Shown: positions 1-7,698 of the stretch, piece after piece
Layout of the letters: each line of letters begins with the position of its first letter
Numbering within the stretch: position 1 is the stretch's first letter
DNA from: Candidatus Heimdallarchaeota archaeon
Lineage (GTDB): Archaea; Asgardarchaeota; Heimdallarchaeia; Heimdallarchaeales; Heimdallarchaeaceae
Assembly (NCBI GenBank): GCA_016839945.1
Contig: JAEOTE010000035.1
Coordinates: forward strand, 1-12,343
Length of the DNA: 12,343 nucleotides
Reading direction: 5' to 3'
Position numbers and translations under genes: made by a program
The notes under the pieces: generated by a model
The model's input: only the letters and a program-made list of their open reading frames with translations
The model's database searches: none
Told to the model about the DNA's origin: nothing

Positions 1-1531
1 ATATTGTTGCAATGAAATGAGAGATTAGGGATTTGATTTCAGCTATAATATTATTTCTTCTATTGTAAACTCTCCGTAATTCTCCTAAAATTTTAGTAAA
101 CCGAATCGATTCATTTCTTCTAGATATGTTTTGTAAATTTCTATGAAGTTCAGATAATTTAATTTTAGTTAAATGATTGTATCTTCTTGTTAATTTAATG
201 ATTTCAGGAGGTAATGGTATATCTTCTGAGAAAGCAATCATATGTTCACCAATTCTATTTACATCTATCCCAATAGAATGGTTTTTACTCTGAATGGAAG
301 CATATTTTATCATCCATTCATTTATTTTATGTGTAATCATAAAAACATTAGAAGATCCTTCTAGAATAACTGTTACGATTATTTTATAACTTGGAGCTTT
401 TCCACTTTGTATTCGTAAAAGCTTTATTTTAGCACCTCTCTTAAGAAATAATCTTACTTTCTTAGAGAATTTGAGTGTTCCAACGATTTGAGAATGTCCT
501 TTCAATGTGAAAATTAAATCAAAATGTCCTTGCTTTTTAACAAGATCAGTCATTATTTTGGCGTTTCCTGGACGTATTACAACATATTCGTGTTTCATTA
601 AAAGTACTAATGGGAGTAATCCTTTTTTCTTGCTAATAAATGGGGAATTTATCAAACACTGAGAATAAATATTATTCAAAATTTTTAGTACAGTCTCTTC
701 AATAAATGGAGAGAGTGCGAATACAATTATTGTTCGCAGTGGAGATAGCAATTTCCATTTGCAATCCAACTCTTCTTCAATTGCTTTACTAAGAAATTTT
801 AACGCTTTCCAATGTGATATATGTTCAATGTTAAACCACTTATCAAGATAATTTGCAATTAAATTATAATTATCTTTTAGAAAGTTCAAAGCTTGAATGA
901 AATTTTTCTGATTTGTTGAAAGCACCTTATATTTTGATTTTATTTCCTTATTTTTCAAGATATAGCATTTCTGAATAGCGTTCTTGACTTCTTTCTTTAA
1001 TAGTTTTGGAAGCTTGGAGTTAAGTTTTAAATTCGAAGAGAAAAATTTATCTGATTGTCTCCTTGTTCTTGATACAAGATTGATAATGTAAAGGCGTTTG
1101 TAATTCATCTTTTTTCTTAGAATATATTCAAATCTAGGTGATCTACCAAATATTGACCATTCAATTGCTTCATCTTTGTGTTTAATGAGAGAAGAAATCA
1201 TAATTTTTGCATTCTTTTCTAATTCAACTGCGCTTTTTGCTGCAGCATGCAGTAGAAAATATGCACTCTGCGAAACATTAGGTCCTTTATTAGTGATTTT
1301 TCTCATTTCTGTATGTATGTATTTGCTAGAAAAATTAGGATAATTTCTAGCAAAATTCATTGCAGCATTTATAGCTTTTTTATCATAGATTAGATTTTCT
1401 TGTTGCAATTGTAATCCTTTAACTCGTTGGTTAGCTTCTCTTTCATATGCTCTTTTTTCTTTCAATGTTTTACCATTGAAACTAACACCCATTCTGTAAC
1501 TTCTGAGTATTGTTTGGGATTGTGTTGTCAT
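1..1531 (-). CDS. Large TnpB/Cas12-like RuvC-family RNA-guided endonuclease, 3'-truncated by the window edge (>510 aa)
   Basis: My manual translation from ATG 1531 (preceded by SD-like GTGAT; in-frame TGA at 1558-1556) stays open to base 2. It starts MTTQSQTILRSYRMGVSF, like the TnpB N-terminal strand. It then has a long basic helical region, the WED-like strands KIKLLRIQSGKAPSYKIIVTVILE, and a RuvC-I-like motif SIGIDVNRIGEHMIAFS (Asp423, codon 265-263). A basic bridge-helix-like segment follows (LRRVYNRRNNIIAEIKSLISHFIATI). RuvC-II/III and the Zn finger would lie outside the window. Confidence 0.78.
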   Translation of the reverse strand, partial: MTTQSQTILRSYRMGVSFNGKTLKEKRAYEREANQRVKGLQLQQENLIYDKKAINAAMNFARNYPNFSSKYIHTEMRKITNKGPNVSQSAYFLLHAAAKSAVELEKNAKIMISSLIKHKDEAIEWSIFGRSPRFEYILRKKMNYKRLYIINLVSRTRRQSDKFFSSNLKLNSKLPKLLKKEVKNAIQKCYILKNKEIKSKYKVLSTNQKNFIQALNFLKDNYNLIANYLDKWFNIEHISHWKALKFLSKAIEEELDCKWKLLSPLRTIIVFALSPFIEETVLKILNNIYSQCLINSPFISKKKGLLPLVLLMKHEYVVIRPGNAKIMTDLVKKQGHFDLIFTLKGHSQIVGTLKFSKKVRLFLKRGAKIKLLRIQSGKAPSYKIIVTVILEGSSNVFMITHKINEWMIKYASIQSKNHSIGIDVNRIGEHMIAFSEDIPLPPEIIKLTRRYNHLTKIKLSELHRNLQNISRRNESIRFTKILGELRRVYNRRNNIIAEIKSLISHFIATI

Positions 1532-1539
1532 ATGATCAC

Positions 1540-1566
1540 TATAATTCAGAGCACTTCAAAATTATA
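1540..1566 (-). promoter_or_regulatory. Kink-turn hairpin immediately 5' of the SD/start codon of the nuclease gene
   Basis: Minus strand reads UAUAAU-UUU-GA-AG-UGCU-CU-GA-AUUAUA: 6-bp canonical stem, 3-nt bulge ending in U, tandem G.A/A.G, then A-U and G-C pairs and a tetraloop. It is followed directly by GUGAUCAU-AUG. Confidence 0.6.
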
Positions 1567-1618
1567 ATACGAACTTTCATATTTAAACTGAAGAAATTTC
1601 AAAGAAACCATAGAATAA

Positions 1619-1702
1619 TGCGTGAATGTTCAGAGGTGCCGTTCTTCACATTGTCTTATAGTACAGACTCGAACGGTAAAACCTTCATCATTAATTCACG
1701 CA
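1619..1702 (-). ncRNA. Structured box C/D-like (double kink-turn) RNA element
   Basis: Perfect 9-bp terminal inverted repeat (1619-1627 with 1694-1702), exact box C AUGAUGA (1691-1685) and exact box D CUGA (1633-1630). C'-like GUGAAGA (1649-1643) and D'-like UCGA (1672-1669) are also present. Nested helices: AGGU/ACCU, CCGUUC/GAACGG, GUCU/AGAC. Confidence 0.65.
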
Positions 1703-1740
1703 AATAAGAATTAGTAAACCCCTAAATTAACATTCCTTTT

Positions 1741-1760
1741 GCGATAAGTTTAATTTATAT
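1741..1760 (+). promoter_or_regulatory. Putative archaeal BRE/TATA promoter for the 1779 gene (probably leaderless)
   Basis: gcgataag followed by tttaatttatat, about 20-30 nt upstream of ATG 1779; no SD visible. Confidence 0.35.
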
Positions 1761-1778
1761 CTCTCAAATTTAGTTGTA

Positions 1779-3527
1779 ATGATAGAAAACATAACCCAAT
1801 TTTTAGACAAAAAATATGCAGCTACTTCAAAAACTCATCAGCTGTTAATGCTGTTTGAAAGATATAAAAACATGAATAAAGAGCTAGTAGAGGAATATCA
1901 AAAACAATACTCTAGGCCTACTAATCTTATTGTTTCAGCCTTATACACTGCAGATTATATTCTTACTTCCTCTGAAGTAAAGTTTGAGTTGGAAGATTCA
2001 GACAGGAGAAAAGAGATTATCGAATTTTGGTCAACATTAACTCTTCAAAATGATGAGATGTGGTATGAAATCACTAACTTAGTTGCTTTTGCATATGATT
2101 CTGCCTCCTTATTAAGAAAAAGATATTATCATCTTCTTGATAGAGGAGTGGCCAAACATATTGCAGCTTCATTAGTAGCCGATTATTATACAAGACATGT
2201 TTTGGAATTTATTTCCAGTAAAGGAGGTTTTATCCCACTATGGTGGGTAACCTATTTATTAGACACAGCACTTTGCCAGACTATTTTCTCCAAAACATTG
2301 CAGAAATGGAGTAATCGTCAAGATATCCTACTTTCAAGAGACCATGGAATTCTTGCAAATATCTTAGCAAGCCATTTTGTACCAGAAACTGAAGGTGAAC
2401 CTAATCCAGCAGTTCCTGTTCCTTACTTCAATGATTCATCAATTTTCTACTATATGATTTGGGGTGAAGAAGGAGCAAAAAAAGAAAGGTTTGATTCAAT
2501 TGTTTCTGGAATGAAAATTACTAATTTGAGCAAAGAGTTCAAAAGATGTGTCCCTCACATTGGTATAAAAGCTCCGCATATACTGAAATATCTTAGAAAC
2601 ACAGTAAGAATTTCTTCATCACCAACTCCTCTGAATTTCTTTGTTGTTCATGCTAAAACTGAAATTGGTGAAGGATGGATTGGTCTTGTTAGTCCTCTAG
2701 ATGATATTAATCTAAAAGAAATAGAAGCACTTTTACAAAAGAAATTATTAGATATGCAAAGTTTTGACAACTTCAGGAGTAATTTACCTATTATTGAAGT
2801 CTTGCAGAGAAAGAAGGAAGAACGAGAAAAAGTTGTTGAAAAAATTGAACGAGAAGAGAAAGGTTTCTTTGCAAAAATAACAAGTAAAATATCTTCATTA
2901 TTCAAGAAAAGCACAACAACTACTAAATCAGTAGCTATCGCAAAAATACAACCTATAGATACATGGTCAAAACTATTCCTTGATGAAATTCTAATGGCAA
3001 GTGTTTCGGGAGTTGACTTAGGGATAGAAACATATGATACTTACAGAGAAGATGACTTTGTGATTAGTGGTGTAATAGAATCCGAACAAAAAGAGATACA
3101 ACCCACTGTATTCTACTCTGAAAAAAGTATAGACTTTCCATCTGAATTTCTTGATCCAATTATATATTTCATAAACATTTCAAAAATATTCATATCAGCA
3201 AGTGCTAAGGGGGATATAATATCAATAATTCCGGAGGAAGCATTATACGAAGACAAAATTGATGCAAAAAGAACTCGTTTAGTTGAATTTGTTTTCGCAG
3301 AGAAATTGCTTGTAGGATTGCTTGCTGAGAAATATTCAACTGTTATGACAACTGGGGAACCTACATATCAAAGACGTTCAATCCTTAGAAAAGCAAATGA
3401 AATTCAGAAAGCTAGAAGGGTAAATAACATGATTGACGTTGGAAAGAGAACGATATCACGAGAAATAAACTGGGATACTGTTAATCAAAGTTATGAAGAA
3501 AAACCCTTGTTTTTCTTAAAGAAATAA
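1779..3527 (+). CDS. Hypothetical protein, 582 aa, with a central charged coiled-coil and an amphipathic helix
   Basis: Long ORF with host-like codon usage and no family motif that I recognise. RKKEEREKVVEKIEREEK is followed by GFFAKITSKISSLFKK. Confidence 0.85.
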   Translation: MIENITQFLDKKYAATSKTHQLLMLFERYKNMNKELVEEYQKQYSRPTNLIVSALYTADYILTSSEVKFELEDSDRRKEIIEFWSTLTLQNDEMWYEITNLVAFAYDSASLLRKRYYHLLDRGVAKHIAASLVADYYTRHVLEFISSKGGFIPLWWVTYLLDTALCQTIFSKTLQKWSNRQDILLSRDHGILANILASHFVPETEGEPNPAVPVPYFNDSSIFYYMIWGEEGAKKERFDSIVSGMKITNLSKEFKRCVPHIGIKAPHILKYLRNTVRISSSPTPLNFFVVHAKTEIGEGWIGLVSPLDDINLKEIEALLQKKLLDMQSFDNFRSNLPIIEVLQRKKEEREKVVEKIEREEKGFFAKITSKISSLFKKSTTTTKSVAIAKIQPIDTWSKLFLDEILMASVSGVDLGIETYDTYREDDFVISGVIESEQKEIQPTVFYSEKSIDFPSEFLDPIIYFINISKIFISASAKGDIISIIPEEALYEDKIDAKRTRLVEFVFAEKLLVGLLAEKYSTVMTTGEPTYQRRSILRKANEIQKARRVNNMIDVGKRTISREINWDTVNQSYEEKPLFFLKK

Positions 3528-3558
3528 CTAAATCTATAAGCTGAAATCTAATAGTTCA

Positions 3559-3575
3559 ATTTTCTTTTTTCTTTT
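3559..3575 (+). terminator. Oligo-T archaeal terminator candidate
   Basis: T-rich tract (ttttt-c-tttttt-c-tttt) about 30 nt after the stop at 3527. Confidence 0.45.
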
Positions 3576-3596
3576 GCGGATAAAAATATTATAAAC
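3576..3596 (+). promoter_or_regulatory. Putative BRE/TATA promoter for the TPR gene
   Basis: gcggataaaaa followed by tattataaa, upstream of ATG 3661. Confidence 0.35.
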
Positions 3597-3660
3597 TATT
3601 TATTAATCAATGAGGATTCTATTCTAGAGAATCTGAGATATGGGCTAGGGTATAGCAGCC

Positions 3661-4458
3661 ATGAATGAACACGAAGTAAGTGCAAATATCTATTTTTCGA
3701 GAGGAAAAGAAGGGTTTCTTAAAGGAGACTTTCAAAGATGCATAAAAGATTTAATTTATGCTCAAGAAATGTTTTCCTCAATAGGAAAAAAAGATATGTC
3801 TGCTGAAACCCTATATATGCTCGCAACTTCTTACTATCAGATCAACCAATTTACACAAGCTAAACAAATGTTCTCATTAGCAATTACAAGATTTAAAGAG
3901 CTCAAAAATCTAACAAGAATAGGTGAGTGTGCTCTTAAACTCGGTGAAATCTACAGATCAGAAGGGAATTTTAAGAGGAGTAAACAATTCTTGGCAGAAG
4001 CTATTGAAATATATACACAGCTGGGAGATTTAGAAAAATTAGCTGATACTTGGAGAGAGCTTGCAAATGCGTTTGAAACAAGTTTAGATGAATCTTCTTC
4101 ACATCCTTCACGAATAATTAACGCATACAAAACAGCTATAAGCTACTACAAGAAACTCAAGTTTCTAGACAAAAAAGCTGAAACAGAATTTGATTTAGGA
4201 CATGTTATGCTGAATCAATCCAAATTTAACGAAGCTATAAAATATTTCTCAGATTCTCTCTCATTCTTTACAAAAAGTAAAGATAGTGAGAACATAGTAA
4301 CAGCTTTAATCATGATTGGAAGAGCTCATTTCAAGATGGATAATAAATCAAAGGCTAGAAACTATATGTACAAAGCGATAGAAAAAATGAGAAAAGCTGA
4401 ATATTCACCAGAAAAAATTAGTCAACTAAAACAATCTGTTTTCGCAATGTTAGGTTAA
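3661..4458 (+). CDS. Tetratricopeptide-repeat protein (~40-aa TPR units), 265 aa
   Basis: Repeated helix pairs with TPR consensus: AETLYMLATSYYQINQFTQAKQMFSLA, GECALKLGEIYRSEGNFKRSKQFLAEA, AETEFDLGHVMLNQSKFNEAIKYFSDS, VTALIMIGRAHFKMDNKSKARNYMYKA. Confidence 0.9.
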   Translation: MNEHEVSANIYFSRGKEGFLKGDFQRCIKDLIYAQEMFSSIGKKDMSAETLYMLATSYYQINQFTQAKQMFSLAITRFKELKNLTRIGECALKLGEIYRSEGNFKRSKQFLAEAIEIYTQLGDLEKLADTWRELANAFETSLDESSSHPSRIINAYKTAISYYKKLKFLDKKAETEFDLGHVMLNQSKFNEAIKYFSDSLSFFTKSKDSENIVTALIMIGRAHFKMDNKSKARNYMYKAIEKMRKAEYSPEKISQLKQSVFAMLG

Positions 4459-4466
4459 CCAAATAT

Positions 4467-6053
4467 CTAAAAGGTTGATTTGAAATCTAAGTCTAATTCA
4501 TCACTATTAGTCAGTATTTCTATTTGCTGGAATTTTTGTGGAGATTTCATTAAATCATATATTAATTGTACATCAAAATCTTCTACATGTTTCTCTGATT
4601 CTAATGATTTTGGCAAAATGTGCCCCAAAATCTGATATCCAGAGAATATTTTCCTTTTTTTCTTCAAATCCTTTTCACTCATTGTGGTACCCACAAAGAG
4701 AAGTGAAATGATCTCATCTTCGAAATTTAATATATTAATGCAAAAAATCTCAAGATACTCTAATATGTTTTCTCTGCTATTTTGATACGTAAAATCCGAT
4801 ATAGTTTTTTTAACCACACACAAATCTTTGAGAATTACTAATAGATTTTCTTCTAAAAATTGCTTACTTATGGCAAATGCAGCATCTGAATCATTTACAG
4901 CATTTCTATAAAGTATATTTGTATTCTTCTCCCCAAGAAGAGATGGGTGAGTGGTTTTTATACTTAGATTCTTCATTCGTTGTGATGTTTGAGAAGAAGT
5001 TTCTAAATCATATATCATAGACATACCGATTAGATTTGATAGAGTATAAGCATGTCCTTTTCTTACTTTTCTATGTGCTTCATCACTTAGGTATTTAGTA
5101 AATTTTAGAGCTTTTTCAAAATACATCAAAGTACCAAGAGACTCATTGTATCCAAGGATGCCATTTGCTATTGCCGAATAGTATAAAGCCTTCTTGTTAT
5201 TATTCAGGTTTTCAATATAAGAATCAATTTCTATTAAGGAAGTTTCAATCAGTTTATCTGATAGCTTTAGGAAACTTGTAAGAATAGATATTCTTCTAGT
5301 TGCTTCATAATCATTTTTCAAAATTTTAACTGCTCTCAAAACGATATTTACTCCCTTCAATATTGTTTCATGGTTTTTGGCAACAGCAACTAATCCAGGA
5401 TTATCAGAAAAGAGTTGAAGAATGTAATCTGCTGGCATTAACACTTTATTATCTGGATATGGATTATTTGATATGATTTCAATCATATTCTTACAAGAAT
5501 CAAATGCTTTGTTTACCTCTTTTTTGAAGAAATGTATAAGTCCCATATTGACTTCACAAAAAACTAAATCTTCATGAAAATCATTTTGTGCAGCTATTTC
5601 TTTGGATTTTAGAAGATATTCCATTGCTTTTTCTTTTCCAATAGTTCGGTGAATAATAAAGAGGAGATTTAATGCTCTAACCTTTAAATATGGGTCATCC
5701 TCACTAACAGCAATTGCATGTGCTTTGTTTACTGCTTTTTTAGCACCTTCAAAATCATTAGCAAGTAGAAATGAATCACTTAACCTTAGATAAAATGTAG
5801 AATGGTTTTTTTTGGAAACTTGGGGAAGTAAAGCCTTGACAGTTCTAAGTATTATCATGCCTTCTTTCCTTTTTTCAGAACTAAACAAGATCTTGGTTTC
5901 TCGTAGCATAAACTCAACAAAATTATCTTTTGAAAGATTTTTATCTAATTTTAAATGAGCTAGAATGTTCTGAAACTGTTTTCGATCCTTGATTCTGAGT
6001 GAGAATTCTTTTGGATCTTGTGACTTAAGGAAATTATGCAATGCAACACTCAT
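4467..6053 (-). CDS. TPR-like alpha-solenoid protein with an uncharacterised C-terminal alpha/beta region, 528 aa
   Basis: TPR-like units FYLRLSDSFLLANDFEGAKKAVNKA, CEVNMGLIHFFKKEVNKAFDSC and YYSAIANGILGYNESLGTLMYFEKA. Convergent with the upstream TPR gene, with an 8-nt gap between the stops. Confidence 0.75.
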   Translation of the reverse strand: MSVALHNFLKSQDPKEFSLRIKDRKQFQNILAHLKLDKNLSKDNFVEFMLRETKILFSSEKRKEGMIILRTVKALLPQVSKKNHSTFYLRLSDSFLLANDFEGAKKAVNKAHAIAVSEDDPYLKVRALNLLFIIHRTIGKEKAMEYLLKSKEIAAQNDFHEDLVFCEVNMGLIHFFKKEVNKAFDSCKNMIEIISNNPYPDNKVLMPADYILQLFSDNPGLVAVAKNHETILKGVNIVLRAVKILKNDYEATRRISILTSFLKLSDKLIETSLIEIDSYIENLNNNKKALYYSAIANGILGYNESLGTLMYFEKALKFTKYLSDEAHRKVRKGHAYTLSNLIGMSMIYDLETSSQTSQRMKNLSIKTTHPSLLGEKNTNILYRNAVNDSDAAFAISKQFLEENLLVILKDLCVVKKTISDFTYQNSRENILEYLEIFCINILNFEDEIISLLFVGTTMSEKDLKKKRKIFSGYQILGHILPKSLESEKHVEDFDVQLIYDLMKSPQKFQQIEILTNSDELDLDFKSTF

Positions 6054-6118
6054 TAAGATTTCAATTATGGATGGAGTTAAATCTGTTTTGTTTAAATCCT
6101 ACTCTGTTGAAGTTTACT

Positions 6119-7618
6119 CTATGTTAGTCTTTTCTTAATTTCATCTACAACATTGGAGATATCTATTAGATCTTGATCTCCTGTATCTAAATCTCTAATT
6201 GTTACCTTATTTTGGTTAAGGTCTCTTTCACCTACAATAATCATAAGAGGAGTTCTTCTATTATTTGCATCTTCCAATTGTCGAGATAATTTCCAATTAA
6301 AAGGATTGAATATTGTATCGAAATGATTTCTTAGCTCATTAACAATTTTTGCAGATTCTTTAATTACATCCTTCGATATAGGAGCAACATATACTTTTGC
6401 AGGATGTGTATATTTCTCTACTCTTCCAAGTTGTTTAAGAACAGAGAGTAGAACTGTTTCTCCCATTCCTATTCCTGTAGCAGGAATCAAACCTCCGCCA
6501 AAGCTTTCCACTAGTTGATCGTAGCGTCCTCCACCTGCTATAGATCTTACAACAGAACCTGTTCTATCATAAAACTCGTATACTATTCCAGTATAGTAAT
6601 CTAAACCTCTTGCTACAGAAGCATCATATATGCAATTTTCTAGTACACCAAACAGCTCTAGATACTCTATCAAATCTTCCATTTTCTTCAATGCTTCATT
6701 TGCTTTTTCTCCAACATCAATCTCATTTTTCATACGCTCAATGAACAGTTTTGGTGGAGCTTTAATTGAAGAAAAATGATACATTTTATCTGCTTTTTCT
6801 GCTGTTAATCCTTTAGCTTTAAGTGCGTTTTTAATAACATTTTCAGCAATTTCTTCAAGATTTTTAGAGTAATCTTTCAAGTATTTGTTTTCAAGCAGCT
6901 TTTTTCCTAGATTTTCTAATTTTGGATCTTGCATCCATGCTGTTCTAACTTTCAAAGAAAGTTCCACGGCTTGATCTTCTGGCACTCCTCTTTTCATTAA
7001 ATCTTCTTGGATAAAATCTTGAATATATTTTTCTCTTGAATCTATTACTTTGATTATGTCCAGGTAATTGGAAATCTCCAGATATTCTATAAATGATTGA
7101 ACTAACTCTCTACTATTTATTGTGCAAATAAAATCTTCATTTTTTAATCCAGCTTTTTTAATAATAGTTGTAGAGAGTGCGATTATTTCGGCATCGGCTC
7201 CAACATGATCGAAGCCTATAAGATCAGCATTGAACTGAAAGTGTTCCTTGACTCTTCCTCTTTGTGGTGTTTCGTCTCTAAAGACTCTTGGAATGCTAAA
7301 CCAACGCATAGGTTTTGCATATCTTTGTTGCTGATTTGTTACCATTCTTGCTAAAGTTGGAGTTTGTTCTGGTCTTAGTGCAAGTTTTTTCTCCTCTCGA
7401 TCATACAATCGAAAAGTTTCAGCAGCTAAGCTTTGTCCTGATTTATACTCTATTAATTTTGCATATTCAACTGAGGGACCTTCATATTCCTCGTAACCGA
7501 ATTGTTCAGAAACTTCTCTCATAATATTTAGAATCCTCTTTATTTCTGCAAAATCTTCAGGATAGAAATCCCTGAAACCTCTGATACCTTTTAGTACTTC
7601 TTTTAACTCTTTATCCAT
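6119..7618 (-). CDS. hisS: Histidine--tRNA ligase
   Basis: GIRGFRDFYP, LRPEQT, motif 2 FRDETPQRGRVKEHFQ, histidine-binding loops RGLDYYTG and GGGRYD, motif 3 ATGIGMG, and a C-terminal anticodon-binding domain (IIVGERDL...VTIRDL). Confidence 0.98.
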   Translation of the reverse strand: MDKELKEVLKGIRGFRDFYPEDFAEIKRILNIMREVSEQFGYEEYEGPSVEYAKLIEYKSGQSLAAETFRLYDREEKKLALRPEQTPTLARMVTNQQQRYAKPMRWFSIPRVFRDETPQRGRVKEHFQFNADLIGFDHVGADAEIIALSTTIIKKAGLKNEDFICTINSRELVQSFIEYLEISNYLDIIKVIDSREKYIQDFIQEDLMKRGVPEDQAVELSLKVRTAWMQDPKLENLGKKLLENKYLKDYSKNLEEIAENVIKNALKAKGLTAEKADKMYHFSSIKAPPKLFIERMKNEIDVGEKANEALKKMEDLIEYLELFGVLENCIYDASVARGLDYYTGIVYEFYDRTGSVVRSIAGGGRYDQLVESFGGGLIPATGIGMGETVLLSVLKQLGRVEKYTHPAKVYVAPISKDVIKESAKIVNELRNHFDTIFNPFNWKLSRQLEDANNRRTPLMIIVGERDLNQNKVTIRDLDTGDQDLIDISNVVDEIKKRLT

Positions 7619-7698
7619 GATTTTATCAAAATAAGAAAATATGAAAAATATTTAACACTATTGTTCAAGACTGATTTATTCTAAAAAGAGAAATATAT

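Noticed and set aside
1619-1702. tRNA (contains GTTCGA on the minus strand)
   Set aside because: GTTCGA is in the wrong position and the pairing is a nested rod, not a cloverleaf.
1510-1707. 65-aa plus-strand ORF in the track
   Set aside because: TTG start inside the antisense nuclease gene, no protein-like features, and it overlies the structured RNA, which explains the sequence better.
1532-1778. CRISPR array or TIGR-type tandem box C/D array next to the nuclease
   Set aside because: There are no regularly spaced direct repeats, the C/D motifs are not periodic, and I see no Nop-domain signature in the protein. An array beyond the left edge cannot be excluded.
2648-2914. 88-aa minus-strand ORF
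   Set aside because: Antisense shadow inside the 582-aa gene.
3616-3660. Small inverted repeats before the TPR start (gattct/agaatc; gcta/tagc)
   Set aside because: Stems of 4-6 bp are expected by chance and contain no recognisable motif.
7315-7524. 69-aa plus-strand ORF
   Set aside because: Antisense shadow inside hisS.
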